Assembly (NCBI GenBank): GCA_050253335.1
Contig: JBFWJG010000003.1
Span: 1 to 64,000 of the forward strand
Reading direction: 5' to 3'
DNA: 64,000 bases
Source: Deferribacterales bacterium
GTDB taxonomy: Bacteria; Chrysiogenota; Deferribacteres; Deferribacterales; Geovibrionaceae
The notes beneath the pieces are model-generated. The model ran no database searches, was not told the origin of the DNA, and worked only from the letters and a program-made list of their open reading frames with translations. Of the stretch, positions 9,869 to 18,065 are shown one piece after another. The stretch's first letter is position 1; each line of letters opens with the position of its first letter. A program made the position numbers and the translations under genes.

Positions 9869-12544
9869 ATGAAACATCTTATCCTTATAACCACTCTTCT
9901 TGTGAGCGTTGCGGCGCATGGTGCGCCGTGGCTGTGCGGAGAGACAGATGTCATATACGACTCGCAGAGCTTCTGCGCATCCGCTTGCGGCGGTGACTGC
10001 GTTGAAATGACCCCTGATAGTGGAACGTGCAGCGGCACATATAAGAACTACGCATTTGACCGCACCACAAACAAGACGTACGCTTTGAGTGTAAGTAAAG
10101 GCAAGTGGGCGGACTTTTTATCCGGTCTGGCGATTATCCGTGATGCAAGGACAAACGACATATTCAAAGGACTGCTGAGTTTCAGCGGAGAGTCTGAAGC
10201 GTGGATAGGTCTGTACGACCCGAACATGACGCAGAGCTTCAATGTTGTGAACGATACCCGCTTTAAATGGCGGGATAACACAGTCCTGAACTACCGCAAC
10301 TGGGCGGAAAGACAGCCTGATAACAAGCTCAATCCTGCCGACATAGGGCAAACAGACATTTACGGCGAACATTACGGAGTGATAAACCTTGCCGGGCTCT
10401 GGAGCGATGCCGCATCAAACGTGATGATGAATGCCCTCGTTGAATTCGCAGGCGTACAGTCATGCGTCAGCGGCACTGTTCCCGGAGAAAACGTTAAACC
10501 AGGTGAAATGGAAAATGCCTATTGTGACGGCAGCAGTAACTGCTATCTCTGCACCGATAACACGGACATCTACCAGTGCGCACAGGGAGAAGGCGGGTAT
10601 CTCTGCCCACAGGGGCAGCAGGAGTGCAATGTAAATTACGCTGAAGCCGGATGCCCCGCAGGAACTGTGCTTAACCCGGTGACAGATAAGTGCGAAACTT
10701 CGCCGTCTGTCTTCTGCCCTTCAGGGATGACATATGACAGCGGTCTGGACAGGTGCGTTGCTCCTGCCGTCTGCTCCGGAGGCGGAATACTCAATGCAGT
10801 ATCCGACAAGTGCGAGACAGTAATTACATCCGGCAACTGCCCCACGGGTTATACATTTGATCCGGTGCTTGATATATGCAGGGCTTCGGTAAAGTGCCCG
10901 ACAGGAGCGACATACAACTCTGCTACTGACAGATGCGAAGCGGCGGTAACAACAAGCTGCCCCAGCGGTTACACATACAACAGCAGCTTGAATAAATGTC
11001 AGTCCAACCCCGTCTGCTCCACGGGAATATACAACTCGACTGCGAAAAAGTGCGTTATTAACGCAACCATAGGAAGCTGTCCGGTTGGATATACGGAACA
11101 GGGCAATCAGTGTGTGAAGACGACCACATATCCGGCAACGGCAAGCTGTCCGCCCAACCATCTTTTTTATCCCGGAAAAGGATGTGAAAAACAAGGGCAT
11201 GTCAACATATACAGGTGCGGAAACTCAGGTGTACGAAGTGAATGTGCCGTTACTGCCTATGATGATTATTTATGCCAGTCGTCAGAGTGTGAGCGCGGTT
11301 GTGAAATAACAACCACCCCGTGCGGCACAGGAACTTATACTTCTGCAATGTACACCTGTCCCAGCGGCGGAACGCTCTCAGGCACAACCTGCACAGTCAC
11401 TGAAACCGCGCCGAAGCCGGAACCTTCCTGCGCAACCGGCTTTACCTACGATGCAGCCCTTCAGATGTGCGTCAAGACACCCACATGCAATAACGGCGGT
11501 GTATTCAATTCATCCACAAACAAATGCGAACTGACGGTTTCTACATCATGCCCCGCGGGTATGACATACAACTCTGCTGCCGGAAAGTGCGTTGCCTCTG
11601 CCGTGTGCTCTCAGGGCGTATATGATGCGGCTCTGGATTTATGCAAAATCAGCGTATCAACCCTTTGTCCCTCAGGATACTCATATGATAAGCCGCAGAA
11701 TAAATGCCTCAAGGTTCCTCTCTGCACCCAAGGGAGCTATTCCGTCACGGTTGATAAGTGCGTCAGCAACGCATCAAAGAACTGCCCCACGGGAACAGCT
11801 CTGAGCGGCAGTGTCTGCCAGTCCTCCCCTTCATGCCAGTCCGGTTCATACGATTCAGGCCTTAACCAATGCTTCGCCGGTGCGACATGCCCTTCTTCCG
11901 GAAACCCCTGCGTTAACATCGGAGGCTCCTGGAGATGCTCCGTTTACGGATGCTACAGCTCCACAGAACAAGGCAACTACAACAACGAAGACACAGAGGA
12001 AGGCGCGAACGACAAGAAAGCAGACGGCGAAGTTGACGAAGCCGGACAGTGCATGGGCACAATCTACATATTCAACGGCGGTGACCGCAGATGCAGAAAG
12101 CCCGGTGTGCAGACAGGCTTCACCGACTGCTGCAAGGATAAAGAAGACTGGTTCGGACTCTCTGAATGTAAACCCGCAGAACAGGCTTTATCAACCCTGC
12201 GGGACTGGGGAGAGGTGGACGGTCAATGCCACTACGTGGGTGATTACTGCTCCGAAAAGTGGCTCACAGTGTGCGTCCAAAAGAAAAAGACTTACTGTTG
12301 CTTCGGCTCCGCCCTCGCCCGCATCATCGGCGAACAGGGACGGCAGCAGCTCGGTATAGGCTGGGGTACGCCGAAGAGCCCTGAATGCAGAGGTTTCACT
12401 CCGGAGGAGTTCCAGAAGCTTGATTTCGACAAGATAGACTTCTCCGAATGGTTTGAACACTACGTTGAACCTGAAATGCAGCAGAACATCAACGAGAACA
12501 TCAGAAACGCCTTTGAGAACATCCCCGTTCCGGTGGTGCAGTGA
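9869..12544 (+). CDS. traN: Mating-pair stabilisation protein TraN with N-terminal C-type-lectin-like domain and Cys-rich repeats
   Basis: C-terminal 'CHYVGDYC...KKTYCCFGSALARIIGEQGRQQLG.GWG..KSPECRGFT.EEFQKLDF.KIDFSE' TraN signature; many CPxGxxY...KC repeats; 'AWIGLYD...FKW.D...NYRNW...QPDN...WSD'. Confidence 0.9.
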   Translation: MKHLILITTLLVSVAAHGAPWLCGETDVIYDSQSFCASACGGDCVEMTPDSGTCSGTYKNYAFDRTTNKTYALSVSKGKWADFLSGLAIIRDARTNDIFKGLLSFSGESEAWIGLYDPNMTQSFNVVNDTRFKWRDNTVLNYRNWAERQPDNKLNPADIGQTDIYGEHYGVINLAGLWSDAASNVMMNALVEFAGVQSCVSGTVPGENVKPGEMENAYCDGSSNCYLCTDNTDIYQCAQGEGGYLCPQGQQECNVNYAEAGCPAGTVLNPVTDKCETSPSVFCPSGMTYDSGLDRCVAPAVCSGGGILNAVSDKCETVITSGNCPTGYTFDPVLDICRASVKCPTGATYNSATDRCEAAVTTSCPSGYTYNSSLNKCQSNPVCSTGIYNSTAKKCVINATIGSCPVGYTEQGNQCVKTTTYPATASCPPNHLFYPGKGCEKQGHVNIYRCGNSGVRSECAVTAYDDYLCQSSECERGCEITTTPCGTGTYTSAMYTCPSGGTLSGTTCTVTETAPKPEPSCATGFTYDAALQMCVKTPTCNNGGVFNSSTNKCELTVSTSCPAGMTYNSAAGKCVASAVCSQGVYDAALDLCKISVSTLCPSGYSYDKPQNKCLKVPLCTQGSYSVTVDKCVSNASKNCPTGTALSGSVCQSSPSCQSGSYDSGLNQCFAGATCPSSGNPCVNIGGSWRCSVYGCYSSTEQGNYNNEDTEEGANDKKADGEVDEAGQCMGTIYIFNGGDRRCRKPGVQTGFTDCCKDKEDWFGLSECKPAEQALSTLRDWGEVDGQCHYVGDYCSEKWLTVCVQKKKTYCCFGSALARIIGEQGRQQLGIGWGTPKSPECRGFTPEEFQKLDFDKIDFSEWFEHYVEPEMQQNINENIRNAFENIPVPVVQ

Positions 12545-12987
12545 TGAAGAAGCGTTATTTCATACCTGTGTTCACTGTGCTTTTTATCCTGAACATTATT
12601 GCCGCACATGCGGGTAGGAATATTTCTGAAAGTGTTCCTTTCAAGTGGTTCTTCTTCAACCGCTTTGAGAAGCCGGAATACGGCGATTATGTGATGTTTA
12701 AAAGCCAGCGTGACCCAAAAGGAATAATCCCTGAGGGTGTGCCGCTGGTGAAGCGCATAGCCTGCTCCGGCGGGATGTTTATTCAGGTGGATGAGGAAGG
12801 CTTCAAATGTGACGGTAAGCTCATTTCAGAGCGCACCGACCCGGACAATATGACTATGTACTATGAAGGCATAATCCCTGAAGGGATGTTCTTTGCGGCG
12901 GGGGATCATCCCCGCAGTTATGACAGTAGATTATGGGGGCTTATCAATGAAGAAGATATTATCGGCGTTGTTCATCCTTTGTTTTAG
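12541..12987 (+). CDS. S26-family conjugal signal peptidase (TrhF-like)
   Basis: 'NISESVP', 'LVKRI', 'GDHPRSYDSRLWGLI'. Confidence 0.85.
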   Translation: MMKKRYFIPVFTVLFILNIIAAHAGRNISESVPFKWFFFNRFEKPEYGDYVMFKSQRDPKGIIPEGVPLVKRIACSGGMFIQVDEEGFKCDGKLISERTDPDNMTMYYEGIIPEGMFFAAGDHPRSYDSRLWGLINEEDIIGVVHPLF

Positions 12988-13753
12988 CGTTGCTCTGGCA
13001 TCTCCGAAGTTCTCTGACGGACTTATGGACAGAATCAGTGAGCTGAGGGGAGACAATAAGACAAAATCTGAAGAGAAGCTTCAGAAGCCGAAAGTTGAAA
13101 ATAATCCGAACCTGAAACTGCCGGAGAATCCGGCAATGAAAGCAAGAGCTGATAAGGTTGCAGCGGAAGACATACCGGAGCTGATGAAGCAGGTGGATGT
13201 GTACAAAAAGCAGATAGCTAAAAATACTGTCGGCATCGATGACAATTCATCCTGCTGGGATGACCGCGCGGATCTGAACGACCTTCACCTGTATGTTTTT
13301 ATCAGCTCCAGCATTCCCGAAGAGACTCTGAAGACATATGCCAAAGATATGCAGAAGCTTCCCGGCGCAATTATGGTAATTAACGGCACAGTGGGCGGAA
13401 TCAACAACATCATGCCGACAATAGACCTGCTCACAAAGATGTCATGCGGAAAGACAGTCAATGAACTCCAGAAAGAAGATACCAAATGCCCGATGGCAAG
13501 GACGGATATTAACCCGTTCCTCTTCCGTGCCTTTAACGTTCAGGCAGTTCCTGCATTTGTCTATTCCGAAGTGCCTTACAATGAGCTGATGCAGAAGGTA
13601 ACCATGGGGGATAACGTCACGGGCGGTTTCCTCAAGTTCTCAGGTGATGTTTCAATCGATCACGCCCTCTTCCGCTTTGAGGGCGAGGGAGTGGCGGCTG
13701 CAAAGACTATGCGGAAACAGCTCAAATCCGGAGGATTCTATGAGGGGATGTAA
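12947..13753 (+). CDS. trbC: Pilin assembly protein TrbC (F-type)
   Basis: Signal peptide; 'YVFISSSIPEETLK', 'INPFLFRAFNVQAVPAFV', 'GDVSIDHAL'. Confidence 0.85.
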   Translation: MKKILSALFILCFSVALASPKFSDGLMDRISELRGDNKTKSEEKLQKPKVENNPNLKLPENPAMKARADKVAAEDIPELMKQVDVYKKQIAKNTVGIDDNSSCWDDRADLNDLHLYVFISSSIPEETLKTYAKDMQKLPGAIMVINGTVGGINNIMPTIDLLTKMSCGKTVNELQKEDTKCPMARTDINPFLFRAFNVQAVPAFVYSEVPYNELMQKVTMGDNVTGGFLKFSGDVSIDHALFRFEGEGVAAAKTMRKQLKSGGFYEGM

Positions 13754-15935
13754 GGCTCTGCTTGCGGTTCTTCTCATCTTTGCTCTTGGAGCTGATGCGA
13801 ATGAAGGCAAGAGCCTGGCTAACACAATCGGAAAGCAGATGCAGGACAGCTATGCAGATCCGAAGGATGCGAAGAATAAGCTGATGAACCCCGTGATCAG
13901 CTCAACGAAGATGAGCACCATGTCCGCTTCATATAAATGCCCGGACACGGAGATGGTCTATTCGTCATCTTCTGAATGCGCTTCTGAATGCCAATCTACC
14001 TGCGTTAAGAATGAATTTAACGCTATGATTCAATGCTCAAGCGAGGAAGAGGCGCTTTCAATAATGCCCGCAGGCTTCGGAACCGGCGGCGAGGTTCAGC
14101 TTCAGGTTGCATTTGACACAGACCTTGACGGCACAAAGGATCAGACATTCGTCACATCAAACATAAGCGGCTTCTGCACAAACGGATATGTGAGCTGTAC
14201 ACCGGGCACATGGAACAACTGCAAATACTTTGAATTCGGCGTTAAGCATAAATGCGAGAACAGCGGCGCAACATATGACACTTACCGGGAGTGCAATACT
14301 TCCTGCGGCGGAGTCTGCACACCTGCGGACAATAAAGTCACGGCAACACAGAGACCTGTGACTGAAATGCGTCATGCAGGGGGTTGCTACTGCGCCAACG
14401 CATCCTGCGGAAGCTCATTCAATGCAACGTTTCAGCAGTCACTCGGCTATTTCGGTGGCGGAATCAGCGCGCACCTGATGAATGAGCTTGGAGTAGTCAT
14501 ATCCGACACCAAAATTGATGTGACCACACTGTCTGTAAAATACCTCGGCGCGTCCGCCACATCATGCGCAGGAGCACAGGAGAATGTGGAAGGTCTGAAG
14601 CGTTTTTATCAGCTCGGAGAAAAGCCTGACGCAAGTGAAGAACTGCTTAATCAGATGTCAGATCCCGGCAGCAAATACAATACGGTCATGGAGCCGATGA
14701 CTAACAATGTCAGTAACCATGAATGTGTTATCAGAAGCATCCCTATCGTCAACACGGGAGAAATAGACGAGTTCTGGTGCACACCGGACAGCATCACAAC
14801 AAAGACAGTCCAGCGAAGCGGCTACAGTGACAGGCAGCTCACTCAGCATTATCAGTGCATCGACAATGACGGTGACGGCCGCGGTGAAACCATGCGCTAT
14901 AAGCTGGACTGTTCCAATCAGGGAGAAAGCTACGGCAGATGCGACAATGAATCATCAAACGGCTGGCAGTCGGTATCACTCAATTCATATCCGGGCGGTG
15001 ATCAGAACTCCGGCGCAAAAGTTAATATACGCTGGGGCTCCGGCGGGGGAACTGACACTGCGCAGCTCCTGTATAACATCACTTGCTCTGAGTCCCTGTG
15101 TCAGCTTAAACACTGGGTACATGCAGGTTCCTACGGCACTTCAAACAACGCTCTGACCACGATGACCCTTTCATCAATCCGGGAAGAACTCCTGACAGTC
15201 TCAAGAAATGACACATGCACAGCTTATGCCGAGGATCCGGACTGCCGTTTGTATGAGGAGGAGATAAACGGCACAGACACCGTATCAAACTACCTGGCCA
15301 CAGGCATGATGTTCCAGAGCAAATGCACGGAGGTTTCAGGGAACTCCGGCAAATATATCGTATGCGACTACGGAGACAGATTTGATGTCACCGGGGCATC
15401 AATGAGCTTCATCACAGCAGATGGGGTTCAGAGGTATGCTGACCCATCCGTATATACCATTTCAAGCCGTAATGACGGAATGGAATACTTTGAGATTAAG
15501 CGCACATACACATGCGAAACAGACACAGAATTTGACTTCTCCGGAGCGAAAGCACAAGGCGACATGATCGGCAGCACAATTAACAGGGATACGGGTGATT
15601 TCAATTATCTGGTAGACGGGCAGACAAACTCAGGCAATGTGAAAATAGACACAGACGGGTATGACTCATGTACATACTCATGCGTTGTCCAGACAGAAAA
15701 TCAGGACACAGAGGTGTTCCCGGATCAGGAGACCCGCCGGACGACAGCAGACATCGTAACCGAAGAGCGCCCCTGCGGTGTGGACAGAAACACTGCTGAA
15801 CGCACCTGCCCATATGACTCACTCACGGAATCAATTATCAAAGACTGCACATGCACCAGCGCATTCAATCAGGTCATTGCCGGTTTCGGCATTGTATCGG
15901 ATGCAGTTAAAGACATGATTTGCAGCGGAGATTAA
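13740..15935 (+). CDS. Large secreted Cys-rich protein, probably a second TraN-like component
   Basis: Signal peptide, many Cys, located between trbC and traH where traN sits in F-type systems; lacks the TraN C-terminal signature. Confidence 0.55.
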   Translation: MRGCKALLAVLLIFALGADANEGKSLANTIGKQMQDSYADPKDAKNKLMNPVISSTKMSTMSASYKCPDTEMVYSSSSECASECQSTCVKNEFNAMIQCSSEEEALSIMPAGFGTGGEVQLQVAFDTDLDGTKDQTFVTSNISGFCTNGYVSCTPGTWNNCKYFEFGVKHKCENSGATYDTYRECNTSCGGVCTPADNKVTATQRPVTEMRHAGGCYCANASCGSSFNATFQQSLGYFGGGISAHLMNELGVVISDTKIDVTTLSVKYLGASATSCAGAQENVEGLKRFYQLGEKPDASEELLNQMSDPGSKYNTVMEPMTNNVSNHECVIRSIPIVNTGEIDEFWCTPDSITTKTVQRSGYSDRQLTQHYQCIDNDGDGRGETMRYKLDCSNQGESYGRCDNESSNGWQSVSLNSYPGGDQNSGAKVNIRWGSGGGTDTAQLLYNITCSESLCQLKHWVHAGSYGTSNNALTTMTLSSIREELLTVSRNDTCTAYAEDPDCRLYEEEINGTDTVSNYLATGMMFQSKCTEVSGNSGKYIVCDYGDRFDVTGASMSFITADGVQRYADPSVYTISSRNDGMEYFEIKRTYTCETDTEFDFSGAKAQGDMIGSTINRDTGDFNYLVDGQTNSGNVKIDTDGYDSCTYSCVVQTENQDTEVFPDQETRRTTADIVTEERPCGVDRNTAERTCPYDSLTESIIKDCTCTSAFNQVIAGFGIVSDAVKDMICSGD

Positions 15936-15947
15936 TGGAGGACAGAT

Positions 15948-16670
15948 ATGTATAATCTGCTTAAAAAACTTCAGGAAGAACAACCGGAGTTCATAACGGC
16001 AAAGATTGCTGATTGCAGTACCGTTTATAACAGTCTGTGCCGTTATGCACGGGAAATATCATATAAATCAGAAGCAGCAGTAAATATCTTTGAGGTCAAT
16101 GCAACAGATGCCCCGCAGTTTGCTGACAAATCATGGCTGGAGCTTCTGACATCATCAAATGACAGGACAAGAAATGCGGTGCTCGAAGCCATGAATAATC
16201 CGGACTACTACTTCACATCAGTAAAGAAGGGCATTGCATATAAAAGAGTCGGTCAACATCTTATCGTGTCTGACGGTTGCCATTACAAAACAGCAGTGGC
16301 CAAGGCTGTACTTTTCAGAGCCGGAAAGTACAACTTCAAAGGTGTTGACCTTACTGACTATCTTATTGATTTTTCAATGGCAGAATCTCACAGATATTTA
16401 CGGAAACTCCTGAATACAAAAGGTCTGTATTTTCCGGACGGTAAGTCAAAAATCCTGCCCCGCCTATTCTTACGGAGAACCGACATCAAAGAGGGAGTCG
16501 GCTGGAGAACAGAAAGATACACACCAGTTATTCAGATAAATAATCTGAAAACCGGCGGGAAGATGGATCTCATCACTGCAAAAGATGTGCTAGATCTCAT
16601 ATCTGAACTGCACTCAAGCCCGATTCTCCGGAGATTCCGTTCAAACAGCTACGCAAAGTTTCTGCGCTGA
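15948..16670 (+). CDS. Hypothetical protein, degenerate ParB-like paralogue of 2763-3467
   Basis: 'VSDGCHYKTAVAKA'; C-terminus 'PILRRFRSNSYAKFLR'; GGAGG RBS. Confidence 0.6.
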   Translation: MYNLLKKLQEEQPEFITAKIADCSTVYNSLCRYAREISYKSEAAVNIFEVNATDAPQFADKSWLELLTSSNDRTRNAVLEAMNNPDYYFTSVKKGIAYKRVGQHLIVSDGCHYKTAVAKAVLFRAGKYNFKGVDLTDYLIDFSMAESHRYLRKLLNTKGLYFPDGKSKILPRLFLRRTDIKEGVGWRTERYTPVIQINNLKTGGKMDLITAKDVLDLISELHSSPILRRFRSNSYAKFLR

Positions 16671-16681
16671 TTCTCAATCCC

Positions 16682-16716
16682 GAACCTCCTTAGCCATTTA
16701 TATGGTAAGGAGGTTC
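16682..16716 (+). promoter_or_regulatory. Hairpin sequestering the traH Shine-Dalgarno (copy 2)
   Basis: GAACCTCCTTA-GCCAT-TTAT-ATGG-TAAGGAGGTTC; ATG at 16720. Confidence 0.7.
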
Positions 16717-16719
16717 AAT

Positions 16720-18063
16720 ATGCTTCAAAAAACTATTTCAGCACTTCTCTTACTTCTCATTTCAGCCTCTGCCCACGCAAACTGGGTAGAGGACTGGTTT
16801 GACACCATGAACACAACAAGCTCCAGCTCATACCAAGGGCAGGAACGGGGCTTTGCTACGGCGGGCGGCTTTCAGGCACGTATGCGGGTGAAAACGGATA
16901 ACCTTATGACTATCTCCCCTCCGCGCTTCAATATCGGCTGCGGCGGGATCGACATCTTCATGGGAGGTTTCAGCTTTCTCAACGCTGATTACATGGTTGA
17001 TAAATTCGAACGTATCATCCGCATGGCTCCGGCTCTGGCGTTTCAAGTGGCGTTAAACGAACTGTCCTCAACAATCAGCGAAAAGGTCGAAGGCATGGAG
17101 CAGATCATGAACGCCCTGAATGCCCTTCAGCTTGACGAATGCCAGGCGGCGAAGGGAATAGTAAACTTTGCGGCAGATATGTACAAGTCGGGGCCTACTG
17201 AGGCGATAGGAGCAGTGGCAAAGAATGTTGAGACCGGTGTTTCAAATCTTTTTACTTCAGCAAAAAAAGATGCCTCAGATAAACCCGGAGAAACAGTTAA
17301 GAAATCTATGAACTCGTTACCTGCAACACTAAAAGCAGAGCTCCTGAAACCCGGCAGTATGCTCAAAAACATCGGTGACAAGTTCGGCCTCTCAACAAAC
17401 GAAGTTAATCAGTTCCGCGCCTTGGTAGGAGATGTGAACATCAGGCTCACTGACGATGATTTCAGCATGGCATACGAGCCGGGATGCAGCGAGGCAACCT
17501 ATGAAGCCCTTGTGGAAGAAACGCCCTATTCCAAGACATTATCAGGCACATGCTTTGAGTCAGGAGGAGACAACCTTGAAGATAAGGTCAGCAAGATACT
17601 TGATTCTCTGGAAAACAAAATAGCTCTGAACCGCTCAGCTCCGGCTTCAGCTAATGAAGCATATTTTCTGGGAACTGTTCCGTACCCCATCAAATACATT
17701 CTGAACATCGCCAATAAATACGGAAGCTCACAGGTTACCACAGTGAAGGATAGCCTCCGGACTCCGGCGGCCTATGCCTTCGCATACGGCATATTCAGCA
17801 ACATGCTTTACAACCTTCAGGATCTGCTTATCGAGTATCAGTCCATGATTAAAAGTGCCGGAAAAGACAACGGCATAACTCATGGCGAAGCCCTCAAAGA
17901 GCTTTTGAAGGTCGTTGAAATGAAACAGGACGAAGCATATAAAGCATATGCGATGAATACAAATAAAATGGCTAAGGTTTACACTCTGCTTCAGAACTAC
18001 AGCGATACCGACAAAATGATCAATGAAGTCCTCAAAAGATACGGATTTCACAGACGTGAATAG
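16720..18063 (+). CDS. traH: Conjugal pilus assembly protein TraH
   Basis: 'YQGQERGFATAGG', 'PPRFNIGCGGIDIFMGGFSFLN', 'APALAFQVAL'. Confidence 0.92.
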   Translation: MLQKTISALLLLLISASAHANWVEDWFDTMNTTSSSSYQGQERGFATAGGFQARMRVKTDNLMTISPPRFNIGCGGIDIFMGGFSFLNADYMVDKFERIIRMAPALAFQVALNELSSTISEKVEGMEQIMNALNALQLDECQAAKGIVNFAADMYKSGPTEAIGAVAKNVETGVSNLFTSAKKDASDKPGETVKKSMNSLPATLKAELLKPGSMLKNIGDKFGLSTNEVNQFRALVGDVNIRLTDDDFSMAYEPGCSEATYEALVEETPYSKTLSGTCFESGGDNLEDKVSKILDSLENKIALNRSAPASANEAYFLGTVPYPIKYILNIANKYGSSQVTTVKDSLRTPAAYAFAYGIFSNMLYNLQDLLIEYQSMIKSAGKDNGITHGEALKELLKVVEMKQDEAYKAYAMNTNKMAKVYTLLQNYSDTDKMINEVLKRYGFHRRE

Positions 18064-18065
18064 CC

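Noticed and set aside
10600..11950. DNA tandem repeat array or diversity-generating retroelement target in traN
   Set aside because: Repeats are degenerate protein-level Cys repeats; no template/variable repeat pair or reverse transcriptase seen
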